From: Haliotis cracherodii | Taxonomy: Eukaryota | Reading direction: 5' to 3' | NCBI RefSeq assembly: GCF_022045235.1 | Contig: NW_027266265.1 | Span: forward strand, 29,202,001 to 29,266,000 | DNA: 64,000 nt | Part shown: in pieces, positions 13,386 to 26,181 of the stretch | Layout: every line of letters starts with the position of its first letter | Numbering within the stretch: the stretch's first letter is position 1 | Translations under genes and position numbers: made by a program | The notes under the pieces: model-generated | Databases searched by the model: none | Seen by the model: only the letters and a program-made list of their open reading frames with translations | Told to the model about the DNA's origin: nothing

Positions 13386-16300
13386 ATGGTTTCACTTAAG
13401 CTGTTAACGTTAGGACTAGTGCTTATTTCTGAGGCGGTCTCCCAATTTTTCATTCCCAGTTTCGGTAGGTTGCAATTGTTTATTTTTCTTATAAACGTGA
13501 TATTTGTGATTATTGTTCCAGCGTCTTGGAAGCCTTTGGCCAAACATTCAAAGTGTCAAAGCAATTATTGTCGTAAGGAGTTGACAAAATTTTGAATCAG
13601 AATGAAATACAATGATTTAATAGATTCAACCATACATTGTGCGTTATTCAAGCTTAATTTGGTGATACGGGAGACGCAAGATATCTTGCGTTGGATCGAG
13701 TCCTGATCAGGTTAGGGAATTGGGTATACTTCAGTTGGGAACATCTCGGGGCGCCAGCATAACTCTTTTGCATTAACACTTTGGGTAAACCTACGGGCAC
13801 GAATTCAGACAAACCAAGAATCATATTCAGACGAATATGAGATTCGAACCTTCGAATATAGGATCCACTTAACATTGGTTACATTATGACCAGGGTAGTG
13901 TAGACCCCCTTTTGCAAAATCCTGGATCCGACTCTGTTTCTGTTCGACTTTTTATCATCCACGTATTAATGCTCACAGGTGCGGTAACCTGCGGATGGCA
14001 GTATGGCGGACAGTGCAAGAGAATCTGTGATAGTGAAGAGTACATCTTAGGCCGGCAGCCATGTGGTTTCGGTGTCGCGGTCTGCTGTTCGCCTACTCTA
14101 CGTAAGGTCTTTTTCTTGTGCAGTTTCATTTTTAAACCATCGGTCCTTGCGAGGGTTTCTGGATGAGAACATATTCCGCTTTTTTGAGTTATATATAAGA
14201 AATGATTGCGGTGATATAAACATTGGATTCACGAGGACAATATTAAAACTCGAGTATTGTATGTCACTAGTCATATCAGTCAATATCTACCAATCTATGA
14301 CTACAGTGAGGACCCATTTGATCTCCCGAGAGTGAATTGTGTCCCAGAAACAAACAGATATGGAAGACAACTTTTAGACGTTTGTAAACATATGGAAATT
14401 CATATTGTAAATGGAAGAATGAAGGGGGACAAACCATATAATTTTACCTACGTTTCTCATCAAGGAGCCAGCGTAATCGATTATTTTATTGTTTCTAGTA
14501 ACATTTTCCATTGTATGTTCCTTCGAAAATTTATTTTGTGACACCACTACATTCATAACTGAAGAAATAAGATTTCAACCTGTCCCTAAAATCAGACAAT
14601 TACATGAGAACAAGGAACGACTTGAACAACTGATGGCTCAAGATAGCTTCAGCAAAATTGTGGATGACTTTACAACTGCTTTGGAAACCGATATTAATCT
14701 AGCTGTTACCAAATTAAAGGACATGGTCCTGTTTTGTGCATCAAGTATGGGAAAGATATCAACAGGTAAATCTAGACCTAGAGAGCAACCTCCATGGTTC
14801 GACACACAGTGTGAAGATCTTAAGGTACAGAAAAGCCGGAAATTAACAAAGTTTAGAAAGTTCTCATGCAGTGAAAATAGGCTGGAATATATTGAGGCAA
14901 AGGACAAGTTCAAGAAATGTTGTAAAGAGAAGAAAATCGCTCATGAGAAGAAAATAGCTTCTGATATTTCTGAAGCCGCTGTAGGTAAAGACTGTAAAAC
15001 ATTTTGGACAGCATTGAAACATGCTCTCGGCAAACATTCTTCGAACTCAAACATTTCTCCAGACAAATGGTTGTCTTATTTCAAAAACTTATTAAATCCG
15101 GAATTAAGTGTAACATGTGAATTTGGGACTATAGTTACACACTTCATTGAAAATCACACTTTTGAAAACTGCGAACACTTCCCATTTATTGACCAGTTGT
15201 TGTCAAGTGTTATCTAATATCTCTCTAAACCAAAAGGAAGATTTTATACTGCCTTCATAGACTTTAAAAAGGCCTTTGACTATGTCGACAGAAAAAAACC
15301 CTACTATATGCCCTACTCCAGAAAGGCTGTCATGGTAAAATGTATGTTATTCTTAAAAGTATGTTTAGCTCTGTGAAAGCATGTGTTAAAGTAGATTCTG
15401 GTAAAACAGATTTGTTCGAAACAACGGTGGGTGTTAGACAGGGCTGTATGTTGAGTCCGATATTATTCATTTTCTTTATAAATGATCTTGTGACAGAAAT
15501 GTACAAAAATTGTCAAAATGGTATATTTATTTCTCAAGATATTGAGGATTTGATGCTGTTGCTTTTGTTGTACTATTTGCTTATAATGTTGTAAGTCTTC
15601 AGAGGCAATTAGATATTTTAGAATTTTTTTGTTTTAAGTGGGGTTTCCAGATAAACTTTAAAAAATCAGAAATTGTAGTTTTTAGAAATGGGGGTATTTT
15701 AAATCGCTTTGAAAAATGGTACTATAACGGTCGTTTATTAAAAACAGTTTCATATTATAAATACCTGGGAGTAGACTGATTTGGACGAAATCATGTGAGA
15801 ACCTGGCAGCTCAGGCTGTTCAGGCATGCATCCCTGTTTATAGATTATTCCAAAAAAATTCATTCCTATCATTCTCCACAGCTTGTAAAATATTTGATTG
15901 TAAAATAAGTCCTATACTTTTATATGGTGCAAAAATCTGGGGGCTAAGGTATTTTGCATGTAAAGAGAAAGTTCAAACTTCATATTTTAAATATTTTCTT
16001 GGTGTAGGTAAATATGCCTCAAACACAGCTATCTTAGGGGAAACTGGCCGCCACTATATGTTTGTCCAGAGTCAGATCAGAGCTATAAAATATTGGCTAA
16101 AATTATTGCACATGGGATCAAATAGATATCCTGTACAATGTTATTACTTCCTTAAAAAGCTAGATGAGAAAGGTAAGCACAGTTGGGTGACAGATCTTAA
16201 AAATTGTTTATATGTTAATGGTTTTTCATATGTCTGGGACTACCAAAATGTTGGTGATGTAAATATTTTTTGGTATCAATTTCAGGAAAGACTAAAAGAT

Positions 16301-19300
16301 GTTGCATTTCAAAATTGGTTTGCAAAATTGTCTGCTTCCAAATATTTATATCCTTATTCAAATGTTAAATCTTTGCTGAATGTAGAAAAATATATTGATT
16401 CTTTGCAGGATAAATCTCTCAGAAGAACCTTCAGTAAATTTAGGATTAGCTTACATAATTTTAATGTTCAGTTACTACGTAAAAAACCCTCAGATAATGA
16501 AAATAGTGTATGTAGATATTGTAACAAGGGTTGTATTGAAAATGAAGACCATGTCTTTTTCACTTGTGATTATTACCAGACTTTACGGAAAAATTATATT
16601 ATCCAACTACGGGATATGTATGACGGTTACCTGTCACTTCCAAATATTCTTAACTGCAATAATGTCGATGTAATAAAACTGACTTCTGTATACCTGTATA
16701 AGATATTTAAATCTAGAAAAACGTGACTAAATTTATATTGTACTGACATTGTAATATAGGCCATGTAGCCCACATTACCGAATAAATCTGTCTGTCTGTC
16801 TGTCAAAGATTCGTTTTATGCCACTATCTGATTCGTAATTAGGTGATTCTGGTAAATTAGACTCCGGGGGACAAAAGAATGTATACCGAAAGTAAGTATA
16901 GTCATTTATGTAATTGAAAATAGAAAGACCTGTTGTTAAATTTGATTATGTCTATTTAATCATCACTTATAACTGCAACAGTTTGTTAAACGTTACCTGT
17001 GGCTGGGTAAGTTTGTGCTTACTGGGAAGACTGGTTTGCAACCAAAAGACCTCTACCACGATTCAAATGTTATAAATTTGTGCTGGAAAAAGAATTTATT
17101 GATTTTCCAAAAGATGCCTAAGATCCCCATCAAAACTTGTGTCTTATTTTTAATTTTTTAATTTTTAAAAGTTTAAATCAAATTATATTTTAAAAAAATA
17201 CAACCATGTAGAAGAATTGTTTGAGTGCTGACCAGGCACCAGTACAGTTATTTTTATGATACAATATCGCTTACTTATTAATCAGATATTTTCAATAGAC
17301 ATATGATAAAATCAACTGAGAGGTATAGTTTCTTTTGTTGCCTTCTATGGCCAGAGTCTCAACATTTTTATACCACCATGCTTTTCACTCTAACTACATG
17401 TATCGTGAGGGAATATATACGGTTTCACGTCGTTAATCTAATACTACCACGTCACAATAGGGCTGAAATATTGCCGATGTGACGTTAAACTTTAACACAC
17501 TCACTCAATACTACCAACACGGGGGACAGCAGGAATGAGCTTCAAACACTGTACCCATGTAGAAATCGAATCCAATTCCCAGAAAACAACTTTGTGAAGT
17601 GTCGTTTTCTTTGTTATATTATATGTATGTGGTTTACAAAAACATGACAAAGATATTTCTTCTTGTAGCGTGCTTATCATATGGCGGAGTGTGTCGCCAA
17701 CGCGGGTGTTTCAGCACCTTTGAGGTGCCCCTTCAGTTCAACGTTAGATGCCCATTCGGAGAAAGAGGAACATGTTGTGTGAGACGGTCGAAAAGACCCG
17801 TAACGCAGACAACAACGATGACAACTACGACGACACTCGTGCCACCTGGTACGTTGTTAGTTACTAATAATCCACAACACGTCCTCTACGAGGGCTAGTC
17901 CAAAGGTTCTGAGCCTAACAAATAACACCAAAACTTGTAAAAGTCAACACAATCTCCCTGCTTTTCAATACACTTCTCATATCGATAGTGAAGCTTTCAA
18001 ATTCCAGTCAGAAGTTTTCTGAAGCCACCCTGAAATACCCATTCACGGCAGTTTTGCGGTCATCGTTGTCGTCATAGCGCTTTCCACGAAGATGTTCTTT
18101 CAGTTTAGGAAACAGGTGGAGCCAGGTCTGGCGAGTATGGAGGGTGAAAAAGCTCTTCTAACTAACAATGTCGCACAGCAGCCTATGCAAGTCGATAGGT
18201 GTGAGAAGAGCCATTGTCATGAAGGGGTAGAACTCCAGCACTCATCATTCCTTGTCGTTTTTCTTTGATAGAATCTCTCAGGCGATGAAGCAAATCAGCA
18301 TAGTAGGCACCGATAACTGTCTTTTGACTTTCTAAGTAATCAACAAGGATAACTTACTTCACTGATCTTGAAGACTTGGATGTCTTTGATGCCGGAGAAG
18401 TGGAATGGTGCCGTTCCGTGGATTGATGTTTTGACTCGGGATCATAGTGGTAGACCCCATGTTCATCACCCGCTACTAATCTCTTTTTAAATTTGATGAA
18501 ATCCTCTTAAATTATCTCTACATTTTCGGTGGCAATGTCAGTTGTTGACAGTTCCTTTTTCTTGAAGATCAAAATTAAGAACATTTGGCACCCAACGAGC
18601 ATATATCTTCATCTGTAAATGTTCATGATATAATAGTTTCAATGGATCCATGGCTTAGACCTGTGTCTCCCTCAAGTTCAGCAATGGCAAAAGGTCTATC
18701 TGACAGTATAAGTTTTTCTATCTCCTTGATTGAATCTTCATTAATGGAAGTTGAGGGAACATTGGAATAGCTAGGGCACTTATCCCCATACACTTGTGAC
18801 ATGCGGTCATGAATTTCTTGGGGAGTACTTTTCTCCAAAGTAAAAAAAACTTGGTACTCGTTCGTTTCCATTTCCGTGTCCATTTGCCCTGTCACGTTCA
18901 ACTGGCTGTCACTAATATACAAACGACCTCAGCAGACCAAATACTCTTGCAATGAACTACTCAAACAATGTACTACATTGACTATTCGCCCATAATTGTG
19001 GGCTTTGGTATGGCCCATAGTTGAAAGTTAGCCAGGCTTAGAACGTTTTGACCAGCCCTCGTTCTCCCTTGTTCATATTTACAAGGTGTCAACAATATCA
19101 ACATAATCAATTCATCGAAACATGAAGCTCTGTTTAAAAGAAAGAAATCGTATGTCATTTTTAATTATTATCAAATTTCCTTAAACCTAAGAAGGATAGG
19201 GTGATGCTGTTTGTTGTTTTACGCCGCACTTAGCAAAATTCCAGTTGTATGACGGCGGTCTGTAGACGTCCGGACCAGACAATCCAGTGATTGACATCAT

Positions 19301-22300
19301 GAGCATCAATCCGCGCAATTGGGATACGATGACATACATCAACCAAGTCAGTGAACCTGACCACCCGATCCCGTTAGTCGGCTCTTGCGACAAGTATAGT
19401 CACCTTTTACGGCAAGCATGGGTTGCTGAAGACCTATTCTAACCAGGATCTTCACGGGTACTTAAAGTAAAAAAAGTGATCATAATTTCCCATCCAACTC
19501 CTATCTATCGTGTCGTATTTCAGTGAAGAAATCAATGCAATAATTAATTATACCGTCGTATGGTGTCAATGTGAATTTGACTTTGCTATCAGCAGCATTT
19601 ATGTTTTGCCGCGATATTCGTATATTTTCTCTCCCATCAGAGCTAAAAAGGGCATACGATTGTTATTATCGAAACTTCACATTCCTGTGTATATTCTAAT
19701 AATTTTCAAGTTACAATAATTATTTCAGATATGCTCAGCAACGTCTTCAGATGAGTTGGAGTACTAAGTAAGGATGAGGTATTAGGATGAACACATAATA
19801 AATTCTTTATTACAACTTGGAGAGACGCTTCGGTGTAGGTTCTCTTGTTTGTTAACGGTGCTAGAACCTACGACGAAAAGGTGATCCTGATTGTAATAAA
19901 GATAGATCTTATCCTTACTTATGCTTAACTACACTAACAAAAATAATTGTAAAACGCTGGTCCTATCTTTTTAGATAAAGCTCTTGATTCTTCAACTGAG
20001 AAACTGTATTCGAAATGTTTTTAACGTAAATATTTGATAGATTCATTAATATTTATTTTCATTTTATTTCACACCGTGTTTCGTTACTGTGACTTATATA
20101 TGTAGATGTCTTTTCAGTGTGTGCTTCACGACCTCGATTTCATCCTGTAGCTGGTCGTATTGTGGGTGGTGTTCCTGTCAGCTCCCAGTGCCAGTGGCCG
20201 TGGATGGTCTCCATTAAACTTGGAACAACCAACCAGATTGGCCCTCATATCTGTGCCGGAGTGCTCGTCAACCGCAACAAGGTTCTCACCACATCAAGCT
20301 GTGTGCTCGGGTAAATTGTGACTGTAGACTCTATGCAGGGTTTAAAGTCAATCTCATTATAATCAGATCTTAGTTCTCGCTACCGCTAAACAAAGATCTG
20401 AGGACATCCCATTCCGGGTCACGTCAGACCGACCTTGCGCGAACTTTGACCGACCAATGAAATGACTGACAGGAAGTCTACATTAGCCAATCAGAAGGCA
20501 GCTTTCTTGTGCTTTACGGCACTCATTTCAAATTGGCGACAACGCTTTGAAACATATTTTGACAAATTCTCGATAAAATATTTGAAACCTGAACAAAATA
20601 ACATTTTGAAATGGCTAATAGATGGTCTAGATTGTATGGATTCAGTCGTTAAGCCCGTAACTATCGTTCGGAATACCCGTGTTAAAGTTTTCGAGGTTGT
20701 CACTTTCATGATCTGGTAAGCGACGTTCTGATTCGTCGAATGAAAGGTTGTTCTGACGTTACCCCTAATGGGATGTCCTCAGATCTTTGTTTAGCGGTAG
20801 CGAGAACTAAGATCTGATTTTAATGAGATTGGGTTTAAAGTGTAGTTTGAATGAAACAGTTGACAGTTTTAAACAATTTTACTAGATGAATACCAATAAT
20901 TCACAAAGCAGTTTGTGTTTTGCAATATTGGTGGTAACAACATATAATCAAATGAGTCAGTTAGTTGTTGCATTTTTCGACTGCATTACCCACTCTGGTT
21001 TTCCTTTCCATCAACCATGAAAACGATTACCTTCCCGTCGTCACTGACAGTGTCTTCTGTATAACGCTGGTTGTGTCAACAAAATTAACACGAACTGAAG
21101 ACAAACAAACATTTTTATTTACGTTTTAAGTTCATTGTATTATAAAAGAAAACTTCTCAAACACGTTTATGTTTGTAAAAGTCTTGTTTGTTTATTTGGG
21201 AGAATATTACTGACCGACGGAGTTCGACCACGTAAACGACGTAAGACATATATGTTATTACGGTAGTCATAGCTCTACGATCACGTTGTTGTACTTAAAG
21301 CAGATGTGATTCGTTATTCGTAATTCAACTTTGACATTACGATATCGAGTGAGATATCTGCTTCTGTTCCAGCCGCCAGGTGGTTGTAACTGTTGGCGAG
21401 AATAACATCAACAACCTTTGGGAAAATGGCGAGCAGACCGTGGCTGTAACTGGTGTAGCCACACCAAATCCAAGCCCGGCCGACCTTGGACAGCCATTGA
21501 GGGGTAGGTACTTTACCCGATATCCAACACAGTTACTGACACCATTCGTTTATGTACCAACCCCGTCCGATTTCTGTGAAGGGAGAATTGGTTCCATGTA
21601 ACCTCGTGGTAAGAGGCGACTAAGATGGATAGGCTGGGTTGTCAGGCAAGGTGATTGCGGGCCATCTTACGACCTGACGCTCTTCATAATGTCAACCACT
21701 TGTTTTCTTTTTCTGATTCGACTATTTACAGGCCGTTCATAAATAGTTGGATTATAATTGTACGTCAAAGATATATCATGGTAAACTGCATTCTACGAAA
21801 TTCAATACTGATTTAATGGCGTAAGATTGTAATCAAATGAGCGTATCGTGAATTTAAAGTATTCATATATGTGCATGGAATGTAGTCATCTGATGTCCAT
21901 TATTTAAGATGTCATCAACAATTTGCAGCTGACGACATAGCCATTCTGACTCTGGAATCATCCATTCCGTCTGATGGAACTTCATGTGCACAACCTGTCT
22001 GTCTTCCCCGGAATGGGGAGACCGTCGACTCAAACAGCAGATGTTACATAGCAGGCTGGGGGCCAAATGCACGTGAGTAGATCAATAGATTTATGAGTGA
22101 GTGAGTTGGGCTTAACGCCGCTTTTGACAGTATTCCAGTTATATCACGGCGTGTCAGCTTAACGTGGGAGGAAAGACCGAAGTGATGCAGGTCTCAGACG
22201 TTTACCACTTTGGTGAAACCCACGAGCACGGATATGGTGCTGACAAACCTAGAAACATAATCGAACCTACAATCATAGGTTTCTGGCGTGCCCAAGGGAC

Positions 22301-24486
22301 ACACTTTTGTACAGCAAATCACGGCGCCTAAGACCACAGGGCCACCCGTGCCCCCAATAGAGTTATGATCCATATGGTTAGAGATAAGAGATCAAAATAA
22401 ACAAACACGGGAAGCCATATGATTACACGGGCCTTATAGCATTTATTTGTAACACAGATATCATTGTTGACGCAATACAGACATCCCTGTTTATGTAATG
22501 CAGATATCACTTTTGGTGTAAAACGTATTCACGTAATAAAGACATCATTGTTGATGTAATACAGACTCTGTTCATGTAATACAGACAGCAAATTTAAGAA
22601 ATACAGACAACGTTGACGAAATACAGATATCACCGTTGACGTAATACAGACATCATTGTTGACGTAACGCAGACAACAATGTTGATGTAAGATAGACATC
22701 ATTGTTGGCGTAATAAAGACATCATTGTTGACGTAATATAGACAACAATATTGATGTAATATGAACATCATTTCTTGACGAAATACAGATATCACTGTTG
22801 ACGTAATACAGACATCATTGTTGACGTAATGCAGACAACAATGTTGATGTAAGATAGACATCATTGTTGACGTAATAAAGACATCATTGTTGACGTAATA
22901 CAGACATCATTGTTGACGTAATATAATGGTAATGTAATATAGACATCATTGTTGACGTAATAAAGACATCATTGTTGACGTAATGCAGACAACAATGTTG
23001 ATGTAATATAGACATCATTTCTTGACGAAATACAGATATCATTGTTGACGTAATACAAACAGCAAAGTTGTAGTGAAGATATCATTGCTGAAGTATACAC
23101 ACAGCACTGATGACGGAATACCATTAGGCATGCCAGAATCTAATGATCGTAGGTTAGAATCCCAGATTCGTCCTGATTATAATTATTTGTTTGTCTGCAC
23201 CATGCCCTGACCTGCATCACTTTAGGCTTTCATCCGATGTTTACCTGACTGAAATGCAAGTCAAAGCGGCATTGAACCCATTTAAGCCCATGCACAAACT
23301 ACGTGGATGCTTTATACTGCTGAGGGAGGGTGGGGTAACTTCGTGGTTAAAGCGTCACGATTCCCAACGTGGGGGTACAATGTGTGACGCCCATTTCTAG
23401 TGTTACCCGCCGTTATATATAAAATAAGCGGCTTTAAAACCATACTAACTCACTCACTAATAATCTGCTGAACCAGCATATGTATGTTGTTGTGCACATT
23501 ATGATGCATGTTGTTGTGCACATTATGAAACATGTTGTTGTGCACATTATGATGCATGTTGTTGTGCACATTATGATGCATGTTGTTGTGCACATTATGA
23601 TGCACATTGTTGTGCACGTTATGTACATCTCTATCTGATAAATGAATGTTTTCCAGTCGGGGACGGTCTTCTACACGAGGCTAATGTGAGGATTATGCAA
23701 AATGCCTTATGTTCATTCATAATTGGATCAAGAACCAACCTGCCAACGGACAAAATCTGTTCTCACCCTGTCATAGATCGGACCAACGCTTGTCAGGTAA
23801 ACACAAATATTATTCTTTTAAGTACCTGAACACCATCTATTATAACTTAATACAAAGTACTTTATCACTCACAGGCAATATATACTCGAAAAAAATCGGT
23901 GTCATGAATATTTTTGGGGATTTGTGTTGTAAAGTCTGGGAACACAATATCACAAAAATATCCCCCGAAATAGCCATGATCGCTAACCTTTTCGTTCCAT
24001 ACAGATATATAGTACTAAGCTAATTAGATAAGTGTATCAATTTTCTACATGAATATAAAAAACCGACATTAATCCGGACAGTATTGTTCTCTGTTAAATC
24101 GTCCGTATTGACGACTTTCCATATTAACGAATCTTAGTAATATCAATTTGATCCGTTTTTACTTATCCGCTATTAACACTGAAGGAGGATTGTATACAGT
24201 ACATCTCAAAAAGGCATCTCGCAGCTCAATCTGGAGACTTACACACTTACAGATTCTAATAAAAATGAATGTTTCTGTTTCGCTATGTGCAGACAGTACA
24301 TAACACCGTGTAGATGATGATTTTAACGATTTTCAGAGAGACAACGGTGGGATGCTGGTATGTGAAGATGGTACAGGAACGTGGAGCCTATTTGGCCTCA
24401 TCAGTGATAACAACTGCAATGCAAACATCCCTGTTATCTACACGCAGGTCAGCAGGCACCTCGGCTGGATCACCTCAAACCTTTGA
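13386..24486 (+). CDS. G3: secreted serine protease homolog (pseudoprotease) with two beta-defensin-like domains (about 379 aa)
   Basis: Exons 13386 (or 13371)-13464 signal, 13979-14101 (CGWQYGGQCKRICDSEEYILGRQPCGFGVAVCC), 17669-17848 (CLSYGGVCRQRGCFSTFEVPLQFNVRCPFGERGTCC + Thr run), 20118-20310 (AGR/IVGG..TTSSC, His57>Ser), 21373-21503, 21929-22072 (DDIAI), 23657-23796, 24337-24486 (RDNGG, Ser195>Asn). 1140 nt in frame, no stops. Confidence 0.92.
14260..16804 (+). mobile_element. 5'-truncated, frameshifted non-LTR retrotransposon (APE endonuclease + RT; CR1/L2/RTEX-like) in G3 intron 2
   Basis: Endonuclease end (IVNGRMKGD..FTY..GASVIDYFIVS), PPWFD, DFKKAFDYVDR (about 15260), GVRQGCMLSPILFIFFINDL, decayed FADD, YKYLG, C-terminal KFRISLH..CRYC..ENEDHVFFTC, AATAAA 16781 and a (TCTG)n tail. 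5' edge approximate. Confidence 0.9.
17889..19061 (-). mobile_element. Decayed mariner (Tc1/mariner) DNA transposon in G3 intron 3
   Basis: 28-bp TIRs cgagggctagtccaaaggttctgagcct / aggcttagaacgttttgaccagccctcg (4 mismatches), TA on the left. Minus-strand remnants ARWVPNVL, GDEHGVYHYDPESK, HDN, HPPYSPDLA, with stops and frameshifts. Confidence 0.92.
20349..20831 (+). mobile_element. 483-bp non-autonomous TIR element with 10-bp TSD and RecQ-like remnant (AcademH-like)
   Basis: About 65-bp TIR (caatctcatt..gatcttagttctcgctaccgctaaacaaagatctgaggacatcccatt, 1 mismatch), TSD ggtttaaagt at 20339-20348 and 20832-20841, internal peptide FSIKYLKPEQNNILKWLIDGLDCM. Confidence 0.85.
22095..22353 (-). 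mobile_element. SINE family C copy
   Basis: Reverse complement of the 55033-55317 consensus, with (TGAG)n tail. Confidence 0.8.
22450..23100. repeat. About 23-bp minisatellite (gacatcattgttgacgtaataca)n with higher-order variant pattern
   Basis: More than 20 tandem units; variant units (caacaatgttgatg, catttcttgacgaaat) recur. Confidence 0.92.
23484..23628. repeat. 24-bp minisatellite (atgttgttgtgcacattatgatgc)n
   Basis: About 6 tandem units just upstream of a G3 exon. Confidence 0.92.
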
Positions 24487-26035
24487 ATCGACCATTGCTG
24501 ACTAAGTTAGAAGCCTAGATATAATAACATCCCCACCTCATTAATATGATTTCATTTTACATGAACGTTCTTTTCATATTAATGAGATAATTTAATATGA
24601 ATTATACAATGTCCATATAAATAAATAAGATAGTTAGAATTTTCCCGTAGTTCAACAGACAAGCAAGCGAGTCTGCGTTTGTGAAACATTATACAAGGGA
24701 GAGTAGTGAACGACTAGATATAACAAGCTGTAATGTCGACACAATATAATCATGTCTTGGTGTATGTGCATTATGATTGCGAGTCGCGTAGCGCATATTT
24801 GAAACGCTGAACTGGTCAAGAGACAATTCAAGGAACACCCAGTAAAACATTGATATCTCGAAATCCTGGGGACTACATCTCCGTCTTCGAGTTAAGCAGA
24901 GACACCTTAAAAGTGTCGCCAATGCTTCAACGGTGACCATGAGGTAACTTTGTACCGAGCATAATATCGAATTCAAGGAGTTCAAGGTATGCTTTATATA
25001 CTCTGTACTGAGAACTGTACTCTTTGGAATGGATATCATACAGAGAATGTCTAATGAACATAAAGGTATTTCTAAATGTACTCTGCTGTATTACATAACT
25101 ATGTTGTACATTTTACGTATGTATGACAAGTAAACTTGATGAAAAACAATTTTGTGTGTTGACTTTAGTTGTATAAATATATCAAGTAGTTGCATGTGAA
25201 TTGTCAAAAAAATGTTCAAACTGTTTTATGGTAGACATGTTGAGGGCATTTTCCAAATCTGACGAACCAGTGACAAAAAATATGTCCGATGCAGTTACTT
25301 ATTTTCACTTGTACCATATGTTCCCGTGAATATTTGACTTGCATTTTTAGTAAATCAGTAAATGCGTATTATGTCACTGGATTGTCTGGTCCATCACTTG
25401 CTTGTCTGGCCAAGACACGATTATTTACAGGCAACCGTCGTATGGTAAGAGTACTGCTGTGCGGCGACAGGGAACACTTACTTTTGTATGCACATTGTAT
25501 TACTGGCGGTTGATACCTGTATGCATGGTCGTGCTTACCCTTTTCGCGAACATCTGCATTTCAATGTTGTTTTGCATTTTGCGCCTGATGAAATTTGTTT
25601 CGGTAGAGAGTCGAGACTGAGTGTTCTCTGGCGTTGACGTTGTATTGACGTTGTATTGACCTTTTATATTAATGGTGGGGTAAACCTGTGGAGCAGGATA
25701 CGATCACCTTTTCGAAAACAAATACCGGTGATTCATATGACATGCTTTTGAGACCAGTAAAGATCCGAGGTAGAATAGGTCTTTAGCAACCCATGATTGC
25801 CGTGAAAGGTGACTGTGCTTGTCGTAAGAGACGACTAACGAGGTCGGGTGGTTAGGCTCGCTGACTCGGTTGATGCTTGTCATCGTTTCCCAATTGAGTG
25901 GATCGATGCTCGTGATGTCAATCACTGGATTGTCTGGTCCAGACTCGATTATGTTCAGACCGTCGTCATATAGCTGGAATATCGCTGAGTGCGGCGTTAA
26001 ACAACGAACAAACGAACGTGCTTTTTATATGGTTG

Positions 26036-26181
26036 NNNNNNNNNNNNNNNNNNNNNNNNNNNNNNNNNNNNNNNNNNNNNNNNNNNNNNNNNNNNNNNNN
26101 NNNNNNNNNNNNNNNNNNNNNNNNNNNNNNNNNNNNNNNNNNNNNNNNNNNNNNNNNNNNNNNNNNNNNNNNNNNNNNNNN
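26036..26181. other. Assembly gap (146 N)
   Basis: Run of n between two SINE copies. Confidence 1.

Noticed and set aside
19729-19935. Extra G3 exon or hammerhead ribozyme
   Set aside because: The in-phase frame hits TGA within 8 codons. The region looks like inverted retroelement-end fragments (gaacctac..gaa..ttgtaataaaga) lacking an intact CUGANGA/GAAA core.
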